NCBI GenBank assembly: GCA_951406725.2 | Contig: OX597822.1 | Span: forward strand, 43,462,001-43,526,000 | DNA length: 64,000 nucleotides | Source: Octopus vulgaris | Lineage: Eukaryota | Reading direction: 5' to 3' | Part shown: positions 1-16,259 of the stretch, piece by piece | Layout of the letters: each line of letters starts with the position of its first letter | Position numbering within the stretch: position 1 is the stretch's first letter | Program-made: the position numbers and the translations under genes | The notes under the pieces: generated by a model | What the model saw: the letters and a program-made list of their open reading frames with translations, nothing else | Databases searched by the model: none | What the model was told of the DNA's origin: nothing

Positions 1-63
<63 letters not shown>

Positions 64-308
64 TGTATGTATGTATGTATGTATACGTATATAATACAGA
101 TATGTGTGTATGTTGTACATACGCACTCTGTAAGTAGAGTGGCGGTGCAGTGATGTCAGCTGAAAACCTAACAAACGAACAAATGGTTCAAAGTGGGTGC
201 AAACAAACACCTCTTTCCACCTCTCTCTTTTCTCCTCTCTCTCATTATATATATTTGTGTGTGTGTATATATTTGTGTATAATATACACACGCACACCGC
301 ACACACAT

Positions 309-341
<33 letters not shown>

Positions 342-403
342 CATACGTACAGATATACATCCATATTTATACGTATATATATACATATATGTATATATAT
401 TTA

Positions 404-474
<71 letters not shown>

Positions 475-477
475 ATA

Positions 478-528
<51 letters not shown>

Positions 529-700
529 AATCGTATATAGAGTGTATATGTAAAGAGAGACATAAGTATATATAAAGGCTTCGATATAGAAATGCGGTAG
601 TTTCATATATGCATATATACATACACACATACATGCATGCATACATACAAACATACATACATACATACAAACATACATACATACATACATACATACAGAA
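1..700. repeat. Compound microsatellite block (AT)n/(ATGT)n/(AC)n/(ATCT)n
   Basis: Directly visible simple repeats. Similar blocks recur throughout the window and explain most listed ORFs. Confidence 0.95.
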
Positions 701-1052
701 GCTGTGAAATATTAACACAATACACACCTGTATGTCTGTGTGTCACTGTGTGAACGCGTGCACGTGCGTGCGTGTGTGTGTATGTGTGTGTTTTGGGTGT
801 GTTGGGAGGGTTTGACAGCTTGTTCGATTTTTATAAAGTCAAGCAACAGGAACTGCCTCAGGCCCATCATCTTCAAAAGCTCTTCTACTCAATTATTCTG
901 CCGCTTTCCCGTCTCTTTCACCTTTAATTTCACACTCCATCCCCCTCTTCATCCTCCTTCCCTCCTCCTCGACCTCCCGCTTCTGTCTCCCCCTTCCTCT
1001 TCATCTTCTTCCCTTCTTTTTGTTTTCGTTCCCCTTTACCTTTTTGCTATTG

Positions 1053-1128
<76 letters not shown>

Positions 1129-1132
1129 CATT

Positions 1133-1256
1133 AAGGCGGCTAGCTGACAAAATCGATATCCCGCTGGGTGAAATGCTTAGTGATATTTCGCCCATCGCTA
1201 TATTCTGAGTTCAAATTCGGCTGAGGTCGACTTTGCTTTTTATCTTTTCGGGGTCC
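1133..1256 (+). mobile_element. tRNA-derived SINE family A (Nin/Deu-like central domain), 5' part
   Basis: Head aaggcggctagctgacaaaa with B-box-like gagttcaaattc, then gaggtcgactttgc..cttttcggggtc. Homologous to the fuller copy at 20052-20265. Confidence 0.75.
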
Positions 1257-2400
1257 TTAGATATGGAGCAGAGGTAATTGCGTGGAGAATAGACGGACTA
1301 AACAGCCTAGACAGAAAGACAAGGAAGTTGCTTACTAGATATGGGTCACTCTACCCAAAAAGCGACACAGACAAACTCTATGTACAAAGAAAAAGAGGGG
1401 GAACAGGACTTATTGGATGCGAACATAGCATTAGAGCAGAAGAAAACAACATAGTATGGTATGTAAAAAATGTCACAGAACCTCTTTTACTAGGAGTAAG
1501 AAGGTCAGGCTTTGTAGGATGAAAGATTGCAAAGATAAAGCACAATACAAGAAAGTGAAAACGAATGAAACTAAGAACAGGTGGGTAAAGAAAAAAAATG
1601 CATGGACAATTTCATATGGATGTTGAAGATAAGACAGACAGAGAAAAAAGATGGCTGTGGATGACTAAAGTAATTTAAAACCGGAAACGATGGCTCTAAT
1701 CTGTGCTGCCCAAGAGCAAGCACTAAGAACACATTACATAAAATACAGAATAGACAACACATCAGAAAGTGATAAGTGCAGAATCTATGGACAAAACGGT
1801 GAAACCGTATGGCATATTACCAGCCAAAGTAGGCTACTAGCCCAGAAGGAATATAAGAGACGCCACGACAATGTTGCCAGGCTTGTAATTTGGATACTTT
1901 GCAACAAATATGGACTTGACAGAGCAAAAAATTGGTACGACCACAAACCTGAAGTCATCGTGATTTTTTGATTCAGTGCGACCATGAGATAGAGAATACG
2001 AAGCCAGACATTGTCTTAATTGGGAAAGAAACCAAACTATGCTGGATCATAGATATAGCATGCTCTCAACAAGGTATGCGATAAGGAAGAAATAAAAGTC
2101 GATAGATATGACAGGTTAGCTTGGGAGGTTAAGCGGTTCTGGTCGCTGAAAAACGTGGTAGTAGTACCAACAATTATCGGAGCCCTGGGAAAAGTGAGTA
2201 AAAATCTTGAGAAGTACGTGGAACAAATACGGGCTGCAATAAGGGTGGAGCAATTGCAGAAAACAGCACTGCTTGGAACCGCTCGAATACTCCGGAAGCT
2301 GTTCGAAAAATAAGAGGTGTTATCTTAGTTCACTGGTAGTGAACAGATGACACCGTAGTACATCTCCAGCGTTAGAAGCTGAGCAATGGCAATAAAAGTG
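1257..2400 (+). mobile_element. 5'-truncated, degenerate R4/Dong-like RLE non-LTR retrotransposon
   Basis: ORF pieces PKSDTDKLYVQRKRGGTGL and CRIYGQNGETVWHI..LAQKEYKRRHD (decayed CCHC knuckle plus RHD). Out of frame, KPDIV and LQKTALLGTARILR follow. Ends at (ATA)n. Confidence 0.85.
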
Positions 2401-2451
2401 ATAATAATAATGATAATAATATTAATAATGATGATGATGATGGTGATGATG

Positions 2452-5473
<3,022 letters not shown>

Positions 5474-5479
5474 TAGTAA

Positions 5480-5685
5480 TCCTTTCTACAAAGGACACAA
5501 GTCCTGATATTTTGGGGGAGGGGTTAAATCAATTACATCGACCCTAGTACTTTACTGGTACTCAACTTATCGACCTCAAAATGATTAAAAGGAAAGTAAA
5601 CTTCGGCGGAATTTGAACTCAGAATGTAAAGACGGACGATAAGCATTTCGCCCGGCGTGCTAATGTTACCAGTTCAACGCCTTAG
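5480..5685 (-). mobile_element. SINE family A copy
   Basis: Reverse complement of the family A sequence (cggcggaatttgaactcagaa, ctggtact..tatcgacc). Confidence 0.75.
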
Positions 5686-5699
5686 TAATAATAATAACT

Positions 5700-5895
5700 A
5701 TCCTTTCTTCTAAAGGCCCAAAGCCTGAAATTTGTGGGGGAAAGGGAAGGTCGATCACATCGACTCTAGCGTTTGATTGGTACTTAATTTATCGACCCCG
5801 AAAAGATGACAGGCAAAAGCTACCTCGGTGGAATTTGAACTCAGAGCGTAATGACGGGTGAAATACTGCTGAGCATTTGTCCGGCTTGCTAACGA
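5700..5895 (-). mobile_element. SINE family A copy
   Basis: ggtacttaatttatcgaccccgaaaagatga..cctcggtggaatttgaactcaga, the reverse complement of family A. Confidence 0.75.
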
Positions 5896-5898
5896 TTT

Positions 5899-6366
5899 TC
5901 TTTGTGTAAAAGAAGAGTTGCAGCAAATATTCTGCTCAATACCACAGATTTGCTTGTCAGTTGTTTGACATTAATCAGTTGAGCATGTCCCTTAGTGGCT
6001 GACAATATGTGCATCTCTGAGCAGAACTAGTGGGAGAGCATCATAGACATGTGTTGAGAGGGATTCTTTAGGGCTTGGATAATTCACCTTTGGAAATATG
6101 AGTGTTTCGTTCAACATCCCTAAGCAAACCTTACTCATGGACCTTTTGTGTGGGATGGACTACTCGACCCGAAGAAAATTCTAACTGGGCCCCAGTTGCT
6201 AAGTCATGCGCTGTTTATCTTGATATGAGACCACCACGTAGCGCACATATGGTTGTGATGAATGTTCTTGGTGTACCCTTATCAGACGGGTAGTCATGAT
6301 AAGTATACTGGGCTTCGTATATTTTGCCGCAGTGTTGTATTGATCGCATGCACTGCTCTCTCACTC
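5899..6366 (+). mobile_element. Non-autonomous Dong-derived element (~555 bp family), 5'-truncated diverged copy
   Basis: Homologous to 8705-9259 and shares its 3' end gcactgctctctcactc. Confidence 0.8.
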
Positions 6367-6379
6367 AAAAAGGATAATA

Positions 6380-7072
6380 ATTAAGGACTAATTGAATAAA
6401 AGCCAAGATAGACAAAAGCAAATTAGATTCCCAATGTAGATTATGCAAATCAAAAGAGGAAAGCCTTACTCACATAGTAAGCGATTGTAGCATGCTGGCA
6501 CAGAAAGAATACAAGAAAAACATGACCATCTAGGGGGAATAACCTATTGGGAGTTATCTAGAAGGCTTGTATTTGAACATACTAATAAATGGTATGAAGA
6601 TGAACCTAGTAAAAACTAGAAAGTAAGAAATATAAGATGTTCTAAGACTGATAAATTAATAGAAGCTAGGTCTGGGAATAGAAAGTACCAGATAATTGAC
6701 TTTACAGTGCCAAATGACGAAAACATTAACATGAGAAGTATAGAAAAATAGCAAACTACCAGGACCTAGCTGTTGAATTACAGAGACTATGGTAAGTGCA
6801 GGTAAAATGTATCCCAGTAGTTATAAGTGCATTGGGAACTATCCCTAAAGATTTGAACAGACGGATAGAAGAAATAGCCATAAAACTCACTTTAGTATAT
6901 CTGCAGAAAACAGTGTTATTAGGGTCAGCTAGGACACTTAGGAGGGTTCTTGGCATCTAAGGTTATTTGTTGCAGCCCGATAGGAGGGTTCTTGGGGTCT
7001 AGGTCTACTTGTTTTAGCCCGATATTAGGTTTTTTTCTTTTCTAACAGTCTAATCTGTTGAGTGTATATGAA
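6380..7072 (+). mobile_element. Degenerate RLE-domain fragment of an R4/Dong-like LINE
   Basis: CRLCKSKEESLTHIVSDCSMLAQKEY..HD, YQDLAVELQRLW and LQKTVLLGSARTL are readable across frameshifts. Followed by (AAT)n. Confidence 0.8.
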
Positions 7073-7084
7073 AATAATAATAAT

Positions 7085-7287
7085 CTTTTCTGCTATAGGC
7101 ACAAAACCTGTATTTTGCGGGTAGGGGGTCAGTCGATCACATCGACCCCATTACTCAACTGGTACTTAATTTATCGTCCCGAAAGGATGAAAGGTGAAGT
7201 CGATCTCGGCGGAATTTGAACTCAGAATGTAGCGATGGGCGAAATACTGCGAAGCATTTCGTCCAGCGATTCTGCCAGCTCGCCGGT
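7085..7287 (-). mobile_element. SINE family A copy
   Basis: ctggtacttaatttatcgtcccgaaaggatgaaagg..ggcggaatttgaactcagaa..ttctgccagctcgcc. Confidence 0.8.
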
Positions 7288-7320
7288 TCAATAATAATGA
7301 TAATGCTCATGATGATGATG

Positions 7321-7369
<49 letters not shown>

Positions 7370-7404
7370 CAACAATAATAATAATAATAATAATGATGAT
7401 GATG

Positions 7405-7468
<64 letters not shown>

Positions 7469-7482
7469 TGATGATGATGATG

Positions 7483-7564
<82 letters not shown>

Positions 7565-7572
7565 TGATGATG

Positions 7573-7660
<88 letters not shown>

Positions 7661-7667
7661 TGATAAT

Positions 7668-7812
7668 GGTTTCAAACTTTGCCACAAGGACAGTAATTTT
7701 GGTGGAGAGGATGAATCGATTTCATCGCCTCCCAGTGTTCAACTGATTCTTTTTTTTAAGGACTACGAAAATATGAAGGACAATGTCAACCTCGTCGGAA
7801 TATAGCAATGTA

Positions 7813-7886
<74 letters not shown>

Positions 7887-7915
7887 TGATGATGATGATA
7901 ATAATAATAATAATA

Positions 7916-8009
<94 letters not shown>

Positions 8010-8170
8010 TAATACTGATGATGATAAGGGTTTCAAACTTTGCCACAAGGACAGTAATTTTGGTGGAGAGGATGAATCGATTTCATCGCCTCCCAGTGTT
8101 CAACTGATTCTTTTTTTAATGGACTACGAAAATATGAAGGGCAATGTCAACCTCGTCGGAATATAGCAAT

Positions 8171-8252
<82 letters not shown>

Positions 8253-8275
8253 TGATGATGATGATGATGATGATG

Positions 8276-8337
<62 letters not shown>

Positions 8338-8536
8338 CTGCTCTCTCACTCAATAATAATAATAATAATGATAATACTGATGATGATAAGGGTTTCAAAC
8401 TTTGCCACAAGGACAGTAATTTTGGTGGAGAGGATCAAACGATTTCATCGCCTCCCAGTGTTCAACTGATTCTTTTTTTTTATGGACTACGAAAATATGA
8501 AGGGCAATGTCAACCTCGTCGGAATATAGCAATGTA
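7668..8536. repeat. Three near-identical ~145 bp SINE-A-derived fragments at ~360 bp spacing, separated by (AAT/GAT)n
   Basis: ggtttcaaactttgccacaaggacag...aacctcgtcggaatatagcaatgtaa occurs at ~7668, ~8029 and ~8391. Confidence 0.9.
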
Positions 8537-8540
8537 AATC

Positions 8541-9259
<719 letters not shown>

Positions 9260-9268
9260 AATAATAAA

Positions 9269-9321
<53 letters not shown>

Positions 9322-9423
9322 TAACAGAGCTCTGAAATCTATCCACAAACATCGAAAACAAGGACATCGTATGAAACCAAAGATTTACTAACAAAGGATT
9401 GGACTGTACCCGAGTAAGTAATG

Positions 9424-9522
9424 CCATCAGAGCATCACAACAAATCACAGCATATACCTAAGGCACACAGAGCTGCACTCGGTAGTGAAGTGAAAGCACG
9501 CTATAAAAATAAAACTACTGAA
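9424..9522 (+). mobile_element. 3'-UTR-only copy of the Dong-like element at 2581-5342
   Basis: ccatcagagcatcacaacaaatcacagc...aaaataaaactactg(aat)n is near-identical to 5246-5342. Confidence 0.85.
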
Positions 9523-9542
9523 TGATAATAATAATAATAATA

Positions 9543-10098
9543 ATACATTGGAAGCTATGCCAACATTATGGAATAACAACAGAAAAAAGATGGTATAGGC
9601 ACACACCAGAAAAGGTCACAGAAAACGAGAAAGCAATCATACTCTGGGATATGCCGATACACACAGATAGAGAAATTAAGGCCAACAGACCAGATATAGT
9701 TGTCAGAGATCATGAAGAAAAAATGCTTTCTAATTGATATATCAATACTGGCAGATGACAACGTTTCTCTAAAAGAAATGGAGAAACTCTCAAAATACAA
9801 AGGCCTGGAAATAGAGGTAACCAGAATGTGGAATCTAAAAACAGAAACAATTCCTATCATAGTAGGTGCATTAGGCATGATAAAAAAATATTCAGACAAA
9901 TACATAACAAAAACACCAGGACTTACAAACACATATAACATACAGAAAATTGCACTACTAGGCACTGCACACATCCTACGCAGAGCACTTTCCATACAAT
10001 AACCATCAGAGCATCACAACAAATCACAGCACATACCCAAGGCACACAGAGCTGCGCTCGATAGTTAAGTGAAAGCACGCTATAAAATAAAACTACTG
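9543..10098 (+). mobile_element. 5'-truncated copy (RLE domain + 3' UTR) of the Dong-like element at 2581-5342
   Basis: High identity to 4782-5342. Translation HWKLCQHYG..ANRPDIVV keeps the PD motif. Flanked by (AAT)n. Confidence 0.9.
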
Positions 10099-10117
10099 AA
10101 TAATAATAATAATAATA

Positions 10118-11230
10118 AGTAGTAAAGTCAAGTTCAATAGAATTAGATGTCGAAACAATAATAAAGGAACTTGAGCAGGAACAAACCTATAAATACCTAG
10201 GAATAAATGAAGGCTCTGGTATCCAGCATGCAAGTATGAATGAGAAAGTTAGGAAGGAATGTTATAAAAGAGTACGAGCAATCCTGAAGTCTGAGCTGAA
10301 TGCATATAATAAGGTGTTAGCCATAAATTTCTTAGCAGTCCCAGTTGTTCTTTATAGCTTCAATGTACTTAACTGGAATACCAGTGAAATAATGAAAATT
10401 GATAGAAAAATCCGCAAGGTACTGACTTGTAATAAGAAGCACCATCCAAAGGCAGACGTGGATCGTCTTTACCTTCCTAGAGCTCAGGGACGTCGAGGTC
10501 TGATCCAGCTTGAACTTACATACAAGACCATCACAATCGGACTGGCCAAATACCTTGAAGCAACTAACGATTGGATGCTAAAACTTGTTGAAAAACATGA
10601 AAGACCGAAAAACTTCACTCTATTTTGAAAGAGAGCAAAAAAATCGCTACTGATGTCTTAGATACCTCCCAGATTGATCAGGTTGAAGGAAATACGCCAA
10701 CTGATGCTGCAAAGAAAATAAGATTAATTGAAAAGACAAAAGCTAATAAACCGGATATTATTATAAAAGATCAGACAAAAAAGATGTGTTTATTAATTGA
10801 CATGAGTATTCCTTGCGATCACAATATAGAGGCGAAAGAATATGACAAGATCAGTAAATATAAAGATTTGCTAATAGAAATTGAAAAAAATTTGGCATAT
10901 CAATGCGACTACAGCACCAGTGATTATAGGATCTCTAGGAATGATAAAAAAAGGTAATGAAACCTGTTTGAAAATGATGCCAGGCTTACCATTCCTACAG
11001 GAGATGCAAAAAATCGTGTTAACTGGTACGGCTCATGTACTGAGAAGAGCATTTTCGCCGTGAAAACGACATCCATTCATAAATTTATTTATTTATTCAT
11101 TTTTTAAATGCATATTTACCTGTGAATTTGCGTGTGTAATCTGGGAATGCATACGATGAGCTTCTCTGCCCTAGGTGTACAGAAAACACTCGGCGAGAAA
11201 CGGAAGAAAATTTGAAGAAAGAAGGAAAAA
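10118..11230 (+). mobile_element. Internally deleted R4/Dong-like LINE of a different subfamily
   Basis: YKYLG, KHHPKADVDRLYLPRAQGRRGL, ANKPDIII..KISKYKDL and MQKIVLTGTAHVLRRA. The CCHC region is missing. Ends in (AAT)n. Confidence 0.85.
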
Positions 11231-11269
11231 ATAACAATAATGATAATAATAATAATACTAATAATAATA

Positions 11270-11361
<92 letters not shown>

Positions 11362-12140
11362 GCCCTGATGCAGTACCAGGCAGTGGCTCTCATGGCTTCT
11401 TATCTTAACTGATTGCAAGTGTTATCATGTACATTGTTTTGTCTTGGTATAAAAGATGGGCTACAGCAAATATTCTGCTCAATACCACTGATTTGCTTGT
11501 CAGTTGTTTGACCTTAACCAGTTGACTATGTTCCTTAGTGGCTGACGATATGTGCATCTCTGATCATGAGCAGAAGTTGTGGGGGAGCATCATACCTGTT
11601 TGTTGAGAGGGATTCTTTGGGGTTTGAATAAGTCACCTCTGGAATATGGGTGTTTCGTTCAACATCCTAAAGCAACCCTTATTCAGGGACCTTTTGAGCA
11701 GGATGGGCTACTCAACCTGAAGAAAATTCTAACTGGGCCCCACCTGCAAGGTCATGTGCTGTTTATCTTGATATGAGTTCACCATGTCGCGCACATATGG
11801 TTGTGATGCATGTGCCTGGTGTACCTTCATCAGACGGGTAGTCATGATGGGTATATTGGGTATATGATGGGTATATCAACATTCTTAGACAACCCTTATT
11901 CAGGGACCTTTTGAGCGGAATGGATTATTCGACCAAAAGAAAAAAAAACTTCTAAGTGGGCCCCACCTGCAAGGTCATGTGCTGTTTCTTTTATTAATAT
12001 GAGATCACCATGTCGCGCACATATGGTTGTGATGCATGTGCCTAGTGTATCCTTATTAGACGGGTAGTCATGATGAGTATACTGGGCTTCGTATATTTTA
12101 CCCCAGTGTCACTTTGATGGCATGCACTGCTCTCTCACTC
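11362..12140 (+). mobile_element. Non-autonomous Dong-derived element with an internal ~200 bp duplication
   Basis: Homologous to 8705-9259. The segment ~11658-11860 is repeated at ~11876-12075. Confidence 0.85.
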
Positions 12141-12168
12141 AATAATAATATTAATAATGATAATAATA

Positions 12169-12279
<111 letters not shown>

Positions 12280-12544
12280 AAGAAGAAGAAGAAGAAGAAG
12301 AAGAAGAAGAAAAAGAAGAAAATCTTAGGATATTTTTGTACCAGAGATTATTTTATCAGTTTGGTTTGGAGGAAGGGATTGAGAGCATGGCCTGTTGGAA
12401 TGATCAATGCCGAAATAGCTCTCGTCAAATATTCGCTGGATCAAGGCTGGGTAAGGGTTAAACAGCAGCAGTACCTGCACCAATAACAGCAGCAGCAGCA
12501 ACAGCTCCCCACATATGGTAATGAATTAGAAATTAAGAAAGTAT

Positions 12545-12995
12545 AGCTATGTGGTTAAGAAGTTCGCTTTGGAACCACAAGTATTCCGATTCAGTCTCAC
12601 TGTACAGGTACTTTGGGAAAGTATCTTCTACTACAGCCCCAGGCCGACCAATTTCTTGTGAATGAGTTTATTAGACAGAAACTATATGGAAGTGTACCGC
12701 CTGGAAAGTTTTAGTCCAGCAAATCAAACTACTGCTCATTTTGAAGTCTGATAAATATTCTGCAAAGTTACGAGAAGGTAAACGAATCAGTTCTTTTTTT
12801 TATCAAGTTCTGTGGGGCACGAAGCAAAAACACAAAGTCAGACAGACAGACCCACATATGAAAGACATATAGAATAACTATGAGGCTTAAAAATAAGAAC
12901 TGAATAAGAAATGAAGTCAGTTTACTCCACTAAATAGTTCAAGGCGGTACCCCAGCATAGTCGCAGTCCAAAGACTGAAATAAGTAGATGAAAAA
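12545..12995 (+). mobile_element. Degenerate SINE family B pieces
   Basis: gctatgtggttaagaagttcgc..tcttctactacagccccaggccgacc and the 3' part aaggcggtaccccagcatagtcgcagtccaaagactgaaa resemble 43622-44025. Confidence 0.55.
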
Positions 12996-14403
12996 TATAA
13001 AGGAAATTCTGTTCACTATATTCAAAATGAGATGACAAAGAAGAAGAGGAACACACAGAAAAGAGGAAAAATCACACAAATGATGTATACACGCTCACCC
13101 CTCATCACTTATGGACCAAACGCCGTTACAATTTCAACACGATATCAATAAAATTGTTCAAGTTGGTGGCGTCAACACTAAAAAGCTGCCGGGGTTATAA
13201 ATCAGCGAAAATGTAGGACAGAACGAGACAAGCACGAACAAACAACAAAGTACAAACAAGAAAGGAGGAAAAACGATTTTGATTCATTCAATATTATATT
13301 AAAACTAAAGTGGTAGCGGTTGTCCGGAAAATATAAGTGTGGGTTCTGAGATTTTTGGAAAATCGTTTAATGGGTTCCACAATGAAATCAGTTGGTAACT
13401 TCTGTAGTAGGTGATTGGTCTGACTCAATTAAATGCCATTGAAGCTTCACCATTTATTACATAGTTGTTACGTTAGAGTTAATATAGTTTGAGTAGACTT
13501 ATTGATTAAATGTTTTATACGGATGAAATCTAGGGTGCTTCATACAGTTTATTAACTGTTTCTAAGTAAGAAAAAGAAGATAAGAAAGTAGGAGGGGGGA
13601 GTAAGAAAGAAGGAAAGAGAGAAAGTGTGAGGCGGGAGGAAAGGGAAAAAAGGGAGAAATGAAAAGGCGAGAATAAAAAGGAACTAAAATGATTTTTAAA
13701 AAGAAAAAAAAGATTAATAAAGAAAAGTAAAATAGCAGAAGTAAGAACACCAACAAAAAGAAGAGAATTAACAGAGGATCAGTCATTCAAATTTTGCCCC
13801 GAAGTATTATTATATGGAGAGGCAGGGAGATAGGAAGAGCGAGGATGAGAGCGGGAGAAAGTGAGACCGAGGAAAAGGAACAGAAAGAGGGAGAGAGAGA
13901 GAATGAGAGAAGAGAGTGAGAGAAAAACTAAGTCAGTTATACTGGAACAATTTGTTTACGATCACAGCTATCAACATATCAAGTTATCGTCGATATCTAA
14001 ACCTTGAATCAAAATGGCGAAACTTCACTTTTTCGGCTTTTTATTTTTTTTCTACGTGGAAGGCGACAGAGATCAAATTACGTCATTTGATCCGCTATCT
14101 AATTTTTTTACCATGTTTTCAAACCTTCAAGTCATTTAATATTATATTAATATAATGAAGATCTTCTGATCGTTTATTATGTGTGATTATATGTATGTAC
14201 GTACACACGAACATACACGTAAATGTATGTGTATGAATGAATGTATGTGTGTATGTATGCGTCTACATGTGGCTTTAGATCACGACATTTATTTCTGTGT
14301 GTGTGTATAAAAGTAAAGTACGTGTCTGTGTATGTATACATGCGTGTGAGTGCATTTATGTCTGTATATATATATATATACATATGTATACACATATTCA
14401 CCC

Positions 14404-14494
<91 letters not shown>

Positions 14495-14785
14495 GTCTAC
14501 CTGCCTGTCTATATGTCTATCTATCCATATATATATATATATACATGTGCAGAAACAGAAAGATGGTTATTTGTGTACACCTAAACGTGTGACTAGTTGA
14601 TAGGTGTAAAAAAATAACGACGAAAGCTTGTAGTCTAATGAAAAACATCCGCCTTGTTAAAGGCGATGGTTTTGAAGTTGCTGGTGGTGGTGGGGCGGAG
14701 TGTCAATGATAATAATAATGAGGATAATGAAAGGAGGGAAGGGCTGAGGTGGTGTTGCTTTTGATGCTGGTGGTGATGATGTTAT

Positions 14786-14903
<118 letters not shown>

Positions 14904-14930
14904 ATATATATATATATATATGTATATATA

Positions 14931-15026
<96 letters not shown>

Positions 15027-15339
15027 GCGGAATTGAAAATTAGGTCAATCAAGAATCGGATATCGAGGAATATGAGCGGAATGTTTATAATAATGGCCGT
15101 TTGTAACTATTTGTTGTTGCTGTTGTTTTAATCTGACTCTATTATGAGCGAATGCATTACAACAATGAATATCTCGTCTTTTTATAATCCTATTCGTTTT
15201 TGATCAAAATTAGCGGCTCCGATTTATATTACACAATGTAACACGGTGTTTGTTCTAGGGTAGCAACTGTTATTTCCTATTTGCTCACCCATAGAAAGTA
15301 TAGAAATAGCTCGCTTTTCCTTCAAAATTTGTTTTTGTT

Positions 15340-15540
15340 TCATTTACTAAAATCCCAAAGATTCCTCTCTCATCACATGGCTACGATGCTTCCCCCACTA
15401 CTTCTGCTCGTGAGCAGAGATGCACATATTGTCAGCCACGGAGGGGCAGGCTCAAGTGGTTACGGTCAAGCAACTGATACACAAATCTGTAGTATTGAAC
15501 AGAATGTTTGCTGTAACGATATTTCTGCTTTAGCAAATCA
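15340..15540 (-). mobile_element. Partial diverged copy of the non-autonomous Dong-derived element
   Basis: cacatggctacgatgcttcccccactacttctgctcgtgagcagagatgcacatattgtcagccac is the reverse complement of the family sequence. Confidence 0.7.
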
Positions 15541-15694
15541 GCACTAAATCTGACTGAAATATAATGGAAAATAGATCAATTTCAAAACATTGATGTCAGA
15601 TCACAGTAGCAAAGTTTGAAGGGAATAGTAGTCATTTCCTTTGATTTTTAGATAGAATCAAATAGGAAATAACAATTACTGACCAAAATAATTA

Positions 15695-16259
15695 TTGGGT
15701 GTCAGGAAAGTTCATGCCAATTTATAGTAGCTTACCTTTCGAATTATTTTAGAACATGGTTGAGTCCAGAAAATAGGATTTGACTATATCTCCATTTAGA
15801 GCACAGTTTAAGCTATCTTTTCGTGGAAGAAGGTCTATGTTCCTATAATCTGTGTTAATTCTGTAACCATTTAAAATGGGAGATAAGAAAGTTCATTTTC
15901 GGCACTTGATGCTTTGGGAACCAGACAAAAATTGCTGCTGCTCAGCTGGGATGTGTTACCCCACCCTCCATATTCACCAGGTATTGCTCCTTCGGATTTC
16001 CACTTATTCAGGTCTCTGCAGAATAGTCTTAATGATAAAAATTTCAATTCCTTAGAAGACATAAAAAGATACCTTGATGAATTCTTTGCCAAGAAGCCAC
16101 CTCAATTCTGGGAAGAGGGTATTTTCAAGTTAAAGGCAAGATGGAGACGCATCGTGCAACAAAATGGTTTATATTTGGTTGATTAAAATTGTAATGGCAA
16201 GTATTTATAGACCTTTTTCTTTCCTTTAAAAGTCGGTACGAAATTTCCGGACAACCTAA
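15695..16259 (+). mobile_element. Internally deleted mariner (Tc1/mariner) transposon with a C-terminal transposase remnant
   Basis: ORF 15914-16186 contains WDVLPHPPYSPGIAPSDFHLFRSLQ (mariner YSPDLAPSD motif) and GI.KL..RW. Imperfect TIRs ttgggtgtcaggaaag / aatttccggacaacctaa with flanking TA. Confidence 0.88.

Noticed and set aside
7668-8536. CRISPR-like repeat-spacer array
   Set aside because: The repeats are ~145-bp SINE fragments with microsatellite spacers in a eukaryotic context, with no cas genes.
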